Assembly: GCA_035529635.1 (NCBI GenBank) | Contig: DATKWJ010000003.1 | Span: forward strand, 1 to 48,390 | Length of the DNA: 48,390 bases | Origin: Patescibacteria group bacterium | GTDB lineage: Bacteria > Patescibacteriota > Minisyncoccia > Minisyncoccales > RBG-13-42-11 | Direction: 5' to 3' | Shown: positions 31,135 through 39,899 of the stretch, in pieces | Position numbering within the stretch: position 1 is the stretch's first letter | Layout: each line of letters begins with the position of its first letter | Notes under the pieces: generated by a model | What the model was told of the DNA's origin: nothing | The model's input: the letters and a program-made list of their open reading frames with translations, nothing else | Databases searched by the model: none | Position numbers and translations under genes: made by a program

Positions 31135-31815
31135 TCAAATTACTATGGTTTCCTCTCGGCAGTTGAAAAGCGCTCTGGCGGTTTTCTTTCTGAAGATCGC
31201 TTCAATTTCCGTTATTTCATCGCTTCCCGAACCGTAAAAAGAAAGAATAATCGGTTCGCCGTGAGCCAGCGGCCTATCTGCCGCGTAATTCAGTTTGAAA
31301 ACAACTTCCGCAAAATGGTACAAAACTTCGTAGTGTGAAGTATGAACAACGCAGAAATTCGACAGGCAGTTTGACAACCGACGCACCAAGACAGCTAAAT
31401 ACTTATAAAATCTCTTTCTTACTTTCGATCTAGGCTCGATAATGCTGCCGTCTTCGAAACACGACTGGCAATTATAAGCCAAGGAAAGCTCTTCCGTGCC
31501 GCCTTGTCCGTACTTGTTAAAAAACGCTTTAGCCCGTTCGACATCTCTGATAACCGCCGCGGCAATGGCCGGTTCTATAGTAATTCCGCCGTTGCAGTCC
31601 AATGCATCCGCTATGATAACTGCCGAGCCCAGAGCCCTGGCCGAAGAGGAAGACACTATCTCGCAATAGTCATATTGATCGACAACGTCTTTTATTCTCT
31701 TCGAACTGTCTCTGATTGTTTGTTGTCCTTCCTGGGTCAAATCCGGGAATACTTCGGTATACTCGCTTTGGCCGTGACGAAGAAAAATCGCTCCGCCTAT
31801 ACAGCGTTTTTCCAT
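31135..31815 (-). CDS. Histidine phosphatase family protein
   Basis: FLRHGQS, SSSSARA and TSH motifs; GGGAGG SD upstream. Confidence 0.8.
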   Translation of the reverse strand: MEKRCIGGAIFLRHGQSEYTEVFPDLTQEGQQTIRDSSKRIKDVVDQYDYCEIVSSSSARALGSAVIIADALDCNGGITIEPAIAAAVIRDVERAKAFFNKYGQGGTEELSLAYNCQSCFEDGSIIEPRSKVRKRFYKYLAVLVRRLSNCLSNFCVVHTSHYEVLYHFAEVVFKLNYAADRPLAHGEPIILSFYGSGSDEITEIEAIFRKKTARALFNCREETIVI

Positions 31816-31931
31816 TTCAACCTCCCAAGATAGAAAAAAAATGATTGTTAAAGTCCTGTTATTCTGTTAATAAGATAACACATTTTAATATAAAAGTCAA
31901 GATTAAACCCATCGCACCTTATTGTTATCCC

Positions 31932-31960
31932 TTGACATAAATTAAAAAATGTGCTATTAT
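31932..31960 (+). promoter_or_regulatory. Sigma70 promoter
   Basis: TTGACA-17 nt-TATTAT with an extended -10 TG. Confidence 0.7.
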
Positions 31961-32031
31961 TTATTCAGTACGTTCTTAAATTTTCTTCTCGGTCAAAAGT
32001 AGTCCGGATAAACTAACTAAAGGAGAAAATC

Positions 32032-32403
32032 ATGTCTCGCTGGTCACTGCTTCTTTTCAATCTTATCCTGGTCATTTCCATCGCCAGTTGTTCTTCAATC
32101 AGCAAAATGGCTGGTCCGAATTACGACATTCCTTCGTGGATCAACGGCCCTTCGCTTTTCGAACAAAACGGCTATATCTATGCCGTTGGCTCAAGTCCTG
32201 CGACGGAAAGCATCAATTTGGCCTCCGTCACGGCCGCCGCCCAAGCTAGAGAAACGATTCTATACTTTCTCGACAGCAAGCCGCTGATTAACGGCCAGTA
32301 TATAAATAACACTTTGATTCGTTCCGAAGTAACCGCTCAATGGCGGAATTACGAAACCATGATTACCTATGCTCTGGTTATTTGGAAAATTCCGGAAAAA
32401 TAA
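32032..32403 (+). CDS. Putative lipoprotein (LPP20-like)
   Basis: Lipobox-like IASC, PSWING, YIYAVGSS and AAAQAR; AAGGAG SD. Confidence 0.7.
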   Translation: MSRWSLLLFNLILVISIASCSSISKMAGPNYDIPSWINGPSLFEQNGYIYAVGSSPATESINLASVTAAAQARETILYFLDSKPLINGQYINNTLIRSEVTAQWRNYETMITYALVIWKIPEK

Positions 32404-32422
32404 GTTTCCTGAAACCGGAAAC

Positions 32423-32457
32423 AAAACAGAGATTCTCAATCCGAATCTCTGTTTTTT
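32423..32457. terminator. Bidirectional terminator between convergent genes
   Basis: AAAACAGAGATTC-7 nt-GAATCTCTGTTTT. Confidence 0.7.
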
Positions 32458-32498
32458 ATTTCAATCTCCGGTATCCCTATTCTACTGCGATCGAAATT

Positions 32499-33185
32499 CT
32501 AAGATTTAAAATTAGTGATATCCTTGAAATTACACGTACACGGCGCATTTTTACAGACATGACAATTATTAGAGAACATAACGGAAAGTTCTTTTGCTAC
32601 ATTCATTCCCAATGAATTAAAAACGCCCATTATGCAGGAAAACAAATCCGCGGCTTCCAATTCGATATTTTTAAAATCTTTATCCTCGTGTCCCCCACGA
32701 TAGGTTAATATTGCTTCTGAAAATTCACCCGCTTCTTCTGCTAAATGAACCCCTGTATGCTCTATGGTTCGTTTTTCAGCCGGATATATTTTATTCAGCA
32801 TATTTTGAAATTCTTCGAGCGTTTTGGGCTTTTTACCTTTATTTATGGAAACTTTTTTTCTTTTTTTGCATTTTTTTTCACTGCAAGAACACGGACATAT
32901 TGCACAGTAAGAACATAAGTAAGGGAATCGTTTCCAAACCTCGCTCTCTATATCCACATGAAGTTGATTCATTATGGAAATAAACCAGCTGAAGGCGATT
33001 AGTAAATTAATTTTAGTTTTTTCTCTGTCTCTTTTCCTGATACCTTTAAGCCCTCTCATCATAAAACGTTCCATATTGGTAATCATATCCCACAAGCTAA
33101 AAAATCTGTCATTGGACAACCCGTATACCTTCTTGGTAAAATCCTGGTATTCTTTTATAGTTATGTTTCTTTTAATGGAAGCCAT
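32499..33185 (-). CDS. Tandem MazG-like NTP pyrophosphohydrolase with Cys-rich tails
   Basis: LAEEAGEFSEAI...ELEAADL in the second half; each half ends in CxxCxxxPCxC; ATG at 33185 preferred (track start 33197). Confidence 0.7.
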   Translation of the reverse strand: MASIKRNITIKEYQDFTKKVYGLSNDRFFSLWDMITNMERFMMRGLKGIRKRDREKTKINLLIAFSWFISIMNQLHVDIESEVWKRFPYLCSYCAICPCSCSEKKCKKRKKVSINKGKKPKTLEEFQNMLNKIYPAEKRTIEHTGVHLAEEAGEFSEAILTYRGGHEDKDFKNIELEAADLFSCIMGVFNSLGMNVAKELSVMFSNNCHVCKNAPCTCNFKDITNFKS

Positions 33186-33193
33186 ATTAAAAA

Positions 33194-34150
33194 TCAATCG
33201 CGTTCGAACATCGGCGATTTCAGCTGTCCGTTTTCTTTATAGAGTTCCGGGTCGATGGTCCTTTCAAAACAGGTTCGGCCGGTTTCATGCTGCCAATTCT
33301 GTTGGAATGGACCGTATTTCGACCCTTGGTAAGCGTCGACGAAATCCTTGCTTGACGTTTTAAATTCGGCGCACAATTCAAAAGAAAGATCGCTTAAAAC
33401 ATTGTATTCGTAGGGAGCTTCGCTCTGAGGATCTTGAGGTACGGCAAATCCGGAAATGCTGTTTTCCATCTCGCTGAGTTTTGCAGGAAGAGTTTCTTTC
33501 TGTATCCAGTAATTAATAATCTCGTTTTGTATCATCTGAAGATTGGCTATCCTTTGTTCATCAAACCTCCTTTCCCGCTGGGCCGCCGGCGTGCCGACAA
33601 TGAGAAATCCTCCGAAAACGCTGACCAAGACCGCCAGAGCAACGACCCAGCCGAGAATTTTCGGGACTTTTGAAGATTCTTGGTCTTTTCTCTTCAAATC
33701 CCAAACATAGTATCCGAAAACCGCGGCAGCCACGACCAGCACGACCAAAGTTTTCAAAAAGAAACGGCTGGTCAATTCTCCGCTCAAAAAATTATTGACC
33801 AGCACGATAAGGTCAATAATCATGGCCACGGCCGCCAAGAAAAGAGTGAAATAAATCAACGACTTCCTCAGATTCAGCCCGCGTTTGCCGATGTTTTTTT
33901 TAAGGTCTTTTCCCAAAAGCCAACAAGTCAGTATGTATACGGGCACGGCCACCAAAAGGACTGAAGAGGACGTGCGGATCGCATCTGTTATGCCCGTGTA
34001 ATAAAAATTAAGAGGATCGGGGAAAAGAACGTTAACATACTGGATAAAAAGCGTTATAAAACTGATCACGCTGATGTAGAAAGTAAAAATATTCAAGAAA
34101 TGCAGAAAAATATCTCTGGGCGTACTACGCAAATTTGTATTGTTTTCCAT
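33194..34150 (-). CDS. DUF5671-like multi-TM membrane protein
   Basis: Five TM segments, GTPAAQRERRFDEQRIANL, DPQSEAPYEY..FELCAEF; family assigned by recall of the pattern. Confidence 0.75.
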   Translation of the reverse strand: MENNTNLRSTPRDIFLHFLNIFTFYISVISFITLFIQYVNVLFPDPLNFYYTGITDAIRTSSSVLLVAVPVYILTCWLLGKDLKKNIGKRGLNLRKSLIYFTLFLAAVAMIIDLIVLVNNFLSGELTSRFFLKTLVVLVVAAAVFGYYVWDLKRKDQESSKVPKILGWVVALAVLVSVFGGFLIVGTPAAQRERRFDEQRIANLQMIQNEIINYWIQKETLPAKLSEMENSISGFAVPQDPQSEAPYEYNVLSDLSFELCAEFKTSSKDFVDAYQGSKYGPFQQNWQHETGRTCFERTIDPELYKENGQLKSPMFERD

Positions 34151-34180
34151 GTTTTTATTTTGTTAGGTGAATAATCGAAT

Positions 34181-34213
34181 GCTGACCATCGTGGACAATG
34201 TTAGAACTATTTT
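34181..34213. repeat. Family-1 tRNA-3'-like repeat, divergent distal copy
   Basis: GCTGACCATCGTGGACAATGTTAGAACTATTTT aligns ungapped with the family-1 consensus. Confidence 0.7.
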
Positions 34214-34275
34214 TATAGACAAAGATGAATATGTTTATATCCCGGATATGGTTTTTTAATATCTACCATACCCCG

Positions 34276-35799
34276 CTACTCATTATTTTTTTTCAATATT
34301 CTTACCGTTCCTTTATTCGCATCAACTTCTACTAAATCTCCATCTTTTAGCGCCTTTGTGGCTACCTTAGTGCCTACCACGCAAGGCTTGCCTAATTCCC
34401 TGCTTACTATCGAAGCGTGAGATAATAATCCTCCTTCATCAGTAATAATAGCTATAGCGTTTCTCATAGCCGGAACATATTCAGGACTAGTCATGGAACA
34501 AACAAGAACATCTCCAATTTTTACTTCCCTTAATTTATCAACCTTCATAATAATCTTTGCTTTACCTTTAACTATACCAGGGGAAACAGCTTGGCCTGTT
34601 ATTATATTCCCTCCTTTATTTAATGTCCCTATATTTTTATCAATAGTGTTAGATAAAGATCTGCCATTCCTCCCAAAAATTATAGATGGCTCTCTTTTTT
34701 CAATCAGAAAAACATATCCCTGGCTTCTTTTTTTAAACTCTTTTAACTCAATTTTTTTACCTGACTTTAAACTATCTAATATTTCCTGATAAGTTAATAA
34801 TATAAATTGATGATATTTCATGTCAAGCTCTTTCACAATTAAATCAAGAAATCCTCGCATTCCCCTAAATAAGAATAGAGCTTCTTCAACGCTCCAGCTT
34901 AAAAGCCAACCAAAATCTCTTGCCCGTTTAATCTGCTTTATTAAGCTTTTATCATTGGATAATAATTTCAATAATTTATCAGCTAGTTTTTTATTCCTAA
35001 GTTGTTGAATTTTCTGTAATTTATATTCTTTAATTCCGTCTTTTTTAATAAATTCTTCCAATCGTTTTGATAATTCTGGCAATGTTAATAGATTAATTGA
35101 TGAGAATAAAAAGGTTTTTGTCCAAGAATATTTCTTTAAATATTTAGCGCTTAGTATTAAAAATTTTCTATTCTTTCTAAAATCCTTTTTATTTTTAATA
35201 AAATCTGCTAATTTGTAAAAATTATCTTGTTCTTTTTGTATTAAAACCTTTCTAACCGGATAAGATAAAACCATTAGAGCGTTATTAATATCAGTGATTT
35301 CTTCAATTTCATCTCTGTGTTTTATTAGCCCGGATTTAATTCTGTCTGTTATTAAATTATATTCAATCACATACCAGGGAATAAAGAACCAAGGAATTAC
35401 TTTTAAAAAAACTTTATCAAATTCTTCCCATAAATTTGCTAATTCTTTATTATTTAATTTCTTTTTTGTTTTTATATTCTTTCCAATAATTTTTATTATT
35501 CTCTCCAAATCTTTTAATCTATTTTGAGTTGTAGAAAATACATAATTCAAATAACTTTCTTTCGGGATGTTCTCCCTTAACTCTTTTATAATCTTCTTCT
35601 TTTGTCTTTTTTTAATATATCCTCTTCCAAAAGAACCTGTAATCAGATAATCGATTCTAGGAATTGGTAATTTAAATTCGTCCTTAAATTTATTCGACAA
35701 AGAACGGCACCATTGATCTGCCATTAAGATCGGGTGATTATTCCTTTGTTGAAATTCAAATTCCCATTCTTTTAAATTTATGTCTGATTTCTTAAGCAT
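34276..35799 (-). CDS. Protein with C-terminal PEP-utilizing phosphohistidine (swivel) domain
   Basis: GDVLVCSMTSPEY..IITDEGGLLSHASIVSRELGKPCVVG; unrecognised helical N-terminus. Confidence 0.85.
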   Translation of the reverse strand: MLKKSDINLKEWEFEFQQRNNHPILMADQWCRSLSNKFKDEFKLPIPRIDYLITGSFGRGYIKKRQKKKIIKELRENIPKESYLNYVFSTTQNRLKDLERIIKIIGKNIKTKKKLNNKELANLWEEFDKVFLKVIPWFFIPWYVIEYNLITDRIKSGLIKHRDEIEEITDINNALMVLSYPVRKVLIQKEQDNFYKLADFIKNKKDFRKNRKFLILSAKYLKKYSWTKTFLFSSINLLTLPELSKRLEEFIKKDGIKEYKLQKIQQLRNKKLADKLLKLLSNDKSLIKQIKRARDFGWLLSWSVEEALFLFRGMRGFLDLIVKELDMKYHQFILLTYQEILDSLKSGKKIELKEFKKRSQGYVFLIEKREPSIIFGRNGRSLSNTIDKNIGTLNKGGNIITGQAVSPGIVKGKAKIIMKVDKLREVKIGDVLVCSMTSPEYVPAMRNAIAIITDEGGLLSHASIVSRELGKPCVVGTKVATKALKDGDLVEVDANKGTVRILKKNNE

Positions 35800-36829
35800 T
35801 TTTCTTTTTTATGATCTTAACGATTCCTTTATTAGCGTCCACCTCCACCAAATCCCCGTCTTTTAATACTTTTGTCGCTATTTTAGCGCCAATAATGCAT
35901 GGAATTTTTAACTCTCTTGCAACAATGGCTGCATGACAAGTGATACCGCCCTCATCTGTAATAATTCCTTTGATTTTTTCAAAAACAGAAGCATAATCTG
36001 GACTAGTCATTTCGGCAACTAAAATATCTCCTCTTTTAATTTTATTAAGCTCACGTTTATATTTTATAATTTTAACCAATCCGCGTATTTTACCTGACAT
36101 CGCAGAAATTCCTTTGAATTCATTTATTCTTTCTTCGATCTCATTGTCATCTAACTCGATTAAAAGATTATTCATCTTACTCTTAAAATCTGATAGTAAA
36201 TAAAATTTATTATTAAAAATACAATATCCCTCCTTTCTTTTTATAATATTTTTTACATTTTTCTCATCCATCTCTTTCTGATTAAAAACCTCTAATGGTT
36301 TAATTAAAAAAGTTAGATTATTAAGCTGAGGATATTTTTTTCTCCAAAAGTCTATAAAAATATTATCTTGCTGATCAGAATATTTTTCACTCAGTATGCG
36401 TAAATTAAGTGATTCTTGGCGAATATTTTCTGAAATACTTTTAAGATCTGGGATTTCAAATAAAATAACCATTGCAGACCACCATCTGGTAATATTTCTG
36501 TAATATTCTTTTAATTGATTAATGTTTTTTATTTTTATTTTTCCGCTTAGAAAAAGAGAAATAGATCTCTCTTCTTTTTGTAATTCTTTTGCTAATTTAT
36601 TTAAAAGGAGTTCCTGCTTAAATTTTCGCGCTATTTTATCTCGAATTTGATTAAATTCTTTATTTTGATACCAAACAGAAACTTTATTACTCCCTTTTTC
36701 TTTCAAAAATAAACTGTTTTTTAAATTATGATTAAGCCATTTTTTAAAACCCAAACGATCACTTCTATTCCACATATAAGCATAAAAAAGAGTATGCTCT
36801 CTATTGAATACTTTAGATAATTTAATCAT
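35792..36829 (-). CDS. Second protein with C-terminal phosphohistidine (swivel) domain
   Basis: GDILVAEMTSPDY..IITDEGGITCHAAIVARELKIPCIIG. Confidence 0.85.
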   Translation of the reverse strand: MIKLSKVFNREHTLFYAYMWNRSDRLGFKKWLNHNLKNSLFLKEKGSNKVSVWYQNKEFNQIRDKIARKFKQELLLNKLAKELQKEERSISLFLSGKIKIKNINQLKEYYRNITRWWSAMVILFEIPDLKSISENIRQESLNLRILSEKYSDQQDNIFIDFWRKKYPQLNNLTFLIKPLEVFNQKEMDEKNVKNIIKRKEGYCIFNNKFYLLSDFKSKMNNLLIELDDNEIEERINEFKGISAMSGKIRGLVKIIKYKRELNKIKRGDILVAEMTSPDYASVFEKIKGIITDEGGITCHAAIVARELKIPCIIGAKIATKVLKDGDLVEVDANKGIVKIIKKKNA

Positions 36830-36830
36830 A

Positions 36831-37820
36831 TTATAATGTAGTTATCGGCCTGCTTTGGGTTATATAAATCTTATTATTCTCTATTGCGAATTCTATATCT
36901 TGAGGATATTTATAATGATCTTCTATTTTTTGACAGAGTTTAGCCAATTGGATGATTTGCTTATTAGAGAGTTTTTGTTTTGATTGTTTAGATTTCGGAA
37001 CCCTGGTTTCTTTAATGCCATTACCTTGTCTGATAATCATCATTTCTTGAGAACTGATATTGCTATCTATAATCACCCAATCTCTTTTAGATATAACATA
37101 AGTGTCAGGAGTAATCTTCCCTCCGACAATAGCTTCTCCTAAACCCCAGCCAGCCTCAATAACCATCTGGTTTCTATCTTGAGTAACAGGATGAACAGTA
37201 AAGCAAATGCCAGACACATCTGATTGAATCATTTTTTGAATTACTACTGCTACTCCTACTGGATAGCAATAAGCTAATTTCTTACAGGTTTTAGCTCTAA
37301 TCTTTTTTTGTCCTGTTTGAGTAATTACCCCCTTTTCAAAAGCATAAAATAAAGCTCTGGGAGTAAATAAAGAAGACCAGCATTTCTTAATGTTTTCTGC
37401 TAAATTAGATTGAGAAGTATTTAAATATGTTTCTAATTCTCCTGCCCAGGAAGCTATTGAAGAATCTTCTGCTGTTGCTGAAGAACGAACTGCCACATAT
37501 TTATTATTTAGCTTCTTAAACTCTTTTAAAAACTCTTTTTCTAAATCTTTTGGAATCTGAGTGTCAGATATTAAATCTCTGATTATATTAGAAGCCTTAT
37601 CTACAGAATTGATATCTTTAAAATTAATAGCCTTTATCTGAGAAGCTATTTCTACTACTAAATCTGTTTCTTCTAAAAACTTATCAAAGGCCTCAACTAA
37701 AATAATAAAACCAGGAGGAACTGGAATTTTGGCTTTAGTCATCTCTCCAAGCGAAGCTCCCTTGCCGCCTGCCAAAAACACGTCTTTTTTAGATATATTT
37801 TTAAAAAGTTTAATAAACAT
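36831..37820 (-). CDS. Stand-alone PPDK/PPS N-terminal ATP-grasp domain protein
   Basis: GGKGASLGEM and VAVRSSATAED motifs; ends at QSRPITTL. Confidence 0.88.
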   Translation of the reverse strand: MFIKLFKNISKKDVFLAGGKGASLGEMTKAKIPVPPGFIILVEAFDKFLEETDLVVEIASQIKAINFKDINSVDKASNIIRDLISDTQIPKDLEKEFLKEFKKLNNKYVAVRSSATAEDSSIASWAGELETYLNTSQSNLAENIKKCWSSLFTPRALFYAFEKGVITQTGQKKIRAKTCKKLAYCYPVGVAVVIQKMIQSDVSGICFTVHPVTQDRNQMVIEAGWGLGEAIVGGKITPDTYVISKRDWVIIDSNISSQEMMIIRQGNGIKETRVPKSKQSKQKLSNKQIIQLAKLCQKIEDHYKYPQDIEFAIENNKIYITQSRPITTL

Positions 37821-37835
37821 ATTAGATTATCTTTA

Positions 37836-37868
37836 TTCTACCAAAAAACCGCCGTAGTGGCGATTTTT
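37836..37868. repeat. Promoter-plus-hairpin module, copy 1
   Basis: TTCTACCAAAAAACCGCC-gtagt-GGCGATTTTT; the minus strand reads TGGTAGAAT (extended -10). Confidence 0.6.
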
Positions 37869-37905
37869 TGTTAAATTATTGCTGGTGTATTCTGGGGTCT
37901 TAATT

Positions 37906-38697
37906 TTATTGGCCGCTTTTGTTTTCCTCCTCCTTGTTTTCTTCGGCTGATTTTTTACCAAATCCTTCAAAAGCTTTTAGAACTTCCAGGGGTACCGCAA
38001 AAATAATCGTATTTGACTGGTCAGAACTTATATCATTAATCGATTGAAGCGTTCTTAAATGAAGAGCTCCTTTGGCTTCCGATAAAGTTCGAGCAGCTTT
38101 GGCCATATTGTTAGCGGCAATTACTTCTCCTTCAGCTTTAATAATCATTGATCTTTTTTCCCTTTCCGCTTCAGCTTGCTTGCCAATTACTCGCTTCATT
38201 TCTTCTGGCAGAACGATATCTTTTAGTTCAACGTTTAAAACCTTGATACCCCACGGGTCGGTCGCATCGTCAATAATTTTTCTAATGTTTTCAGAGACTC
38301 TGTCTCGCTGGGAAAGTAGTTCGTCTAAATCAACTTGGCCGACAACGTTCCTCATTGTTGTCTGCGCCAATTGAGAAATGGCATAATAGAAATTTTCCAC
38401 TTCCAGAATCGCCTTGTCTGCCTCGGCCACTTTATAATAAATAACCGCGTTGACGCTAACCGAAATATTATCTTTGGTAATCGCTTCTTGGTTCGGCACA
38501 TCAACCGCTTTTACTCTTAAATCTACCTTCTGGTAAGATTGAATAATCGGAAAAACCAATCGCCAGCCCGGCTTCATTAAACCGATATATTTACCCAGCA
38601 TTAACTTAACTCCCTTCTGATACTGATTAATCTGTTTAATTGAAATTAGAATAATAAATAATATTATTCCTAAAATTGTGTAAATTGTTATTGACAT
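37906..38697 (-). CDS. SPFH/band-7 (slipin/stomatin-like) protein
   Basis: VDLR..DVPNQEAITKDN, AQTTMRNVVG and QAEAERE motifs. Confidence 0.92.
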   Translation of the reverse strand: MSITIYTILGIILFIILISIKQINQYQKGVKLMLGKYIGLMKPGWRLVFPIIQSYQKVDLRVKAVDVPNQEAITKDNISVSVNAVIYYKVAEADKAILEVENFYYAISQLAQTTMRNVVGQVDLDELLSQRDRVSENIRKIIDDATDPWGIKVLNVELKDIVLPEEMKRVIGKQAEAEREKRSMIIKAEGEVIAANNMAKAARTLSEAKGALHLRTLQSINDISSDQSNTIIFAVPLEVLKAFEGFGKKSAEENKEEENKSGQ

Positions 38698-38781
38698 GTT
38701 TATGAAGGCTAATGATTAATTATTTTTTTGACTCTTTTATATTATCATAACAGAAATTTCAGGGCAACAACTCTCAGACAT

Positions 38782-38814
38782 TTCTACCAAAAAACCGCCT
38801 TCTCGGCGATTTTT
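38782..38814. repeat. Promoter-plus-hairpin module, copy 2
   Basis: TTCTACCAAAAAACCGCC-ttctc-GGCGATTTTT. Confidence 0.6.
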
Positions 38815-38849
38815 AATGCCACTCGGTCTCTCGATACTTTGAGCTGACT

Positions 38850-38998
38850 GCTGTATATCCCGGTCTTGAACCGAGATTTTAAGGGAAATTCCGGGGTGTT
38901 TCCGGGTGTCTCAGTGACCCGTCTCGGTCAGGGCATTTTGAAGCTAAAATGAGACAAATGAGACACTATTTAGGGGTGTTTCGCGATGTCTCATTTTT
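38850..38998. repeat. Family-2 repeat copy A (tRNA T-arm mimic plus GAGAC boxes)
   Basis: 99/118 identical (hand count, ungapped) to 39750-39867; contains an AAAATGAGACA/TGTCTCATTTT inverted pair. Confidence 0.85.
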
Positions 38999-39313
38999 TA
39001 TCTTTTTCCAACTCCTCGCTCCGAAGAATCCGAAAAGACCAAAGAGACCGTAAAACCCGGGGCTGGCAATCAACCCGATTAGTCCGAATAATCCCAAAAA
39101 GCCGATTTTCCACAAATCTCTTGGTCCGCCCTTCCTAAAATAAGAGATGATATTTTAAATGACGGAAATGACAAAAGAAAGAAGGAAAGCAAAAGTTAGA
39201 ATAAAAAATACCGGCTCTTCAATTTTGAAATAAGCGGAAATGGCATTGTGTAAAACAACAGAAATTACACTTAAGCCAAATAGAATATAAGTTATTTTAG
39301 TTTGTTTTTCCAT
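38966..39313 (-). pseudogene. Small membrane-protein gene with an in-frame TAA at codon 53
   Basis: MEKQTKITYILFGLSVISVVLHNAI...VISVI*NIISYFRKGGPRDLWKIGFLGLFGLIGL...; the hydrophobic frame continues past the stop at 39155-39157. Confidence 0.7.
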
Positions 39314-39319
39314 ATTATT

Positions 39320-39703
39320 TTATTCCGTTCCCATCAAAATCTTCCCGCATTTTGGCTCGGCGGCTATTGCCAAATCAATTATGTCATTAAGTTCCGGTTC
39401 AACGGCAGTCAATTCTTCTCCGTTTTTCAGTTTCGCCCATACCGTTCTAGCGTGTGTCTGCCAAACGCTTTCAACCTCGCAATTGGCAATCGCTTGTTTA
39501 ATGGCCGGCCATTGCGGAGCATCTGGACAAAGCGCAAATTCACAGTTGGGACCTACGCGGCCGACATAGGAGCCGTCCGGACAAAGCTTGACGTCCTGGG
39601 TGCAGGCAACTGGCTCTTCGCCGCCAATTAAAAACCTCAAGCCAAACCAAATCCCAGTCAAAACAACCAATAAAACAATTAAAATAATAAATGTCTTCTT
39701 CAT
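39320..39703 (-). CDS. Small membrane-anchored Cys-motif protein
   Basis: N-terminal TM helix, then ACTQDVKLCPDGSYVGRVGPNCEFALCP, a motif I recall as common in CPR surface proteins. Confidence 0.8.
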   Translation of the reverse strand: MKKTFIILIVLLVVLTGIWFGLRFLIGGEEPVACTQDVKLCPDGSYVGRVGPNCEFALCPDAPQWPAIKQAIANCEVESVWQTHARTVWAKLKNGEELTAVEPELNDIIDLAIAAEPKCGKILMGTE

Positions 39704-39749
39704 ATTTTTATTCTACCAAAAAATCGGCCAAAAGAATAGGCGGCAATTA

Positions 39750-39899
39750 GCTGTGTCCCTCGGTCTAGAACCGAGGTTTTAAGGGAAAAATTGGGGCTTT
39801 TCGGGGTGTCTCATTGACGCGTCTCGGTCAGGGCGTTTTTAAGCTAAAATGGGACAAACGAGACACTGGTTGAGAGTATTTTTTTTGTGTCTCATTTTT
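39750..39899. repeat. Family-2 repeat copy B
   Basis: The minus strand ends CTCGG-TTCTAGA-CCGAG-GGACACA-G-CTA, the same geometry as the tRNA-Gln 3' half. Confidence 0.85.

Noticed and set aside
37881..37903. GCTGGTGTATTCTGGGGTCTTAA as a further degenerate att core between the SPFH gene and the PEP module
   Set aside because: The position is suggestive, but similarity is too low and no T-arm stem can be formed.
38966..39313. Stop-codon reassignment (alternative genetic code)
   Set aside because: The interrupting stop is TAA, and other genes terminate normally at TAA, TAG and TGA under code 11.
38850..39899. Family-2 repeats as complete tRNA genes or IS ends
   Set aside because: Only the T-arm/acceptor 3' side is mimicked, with no convincing D or anticodon arms; the copies are direct rather than inverted, and no transposase is present.
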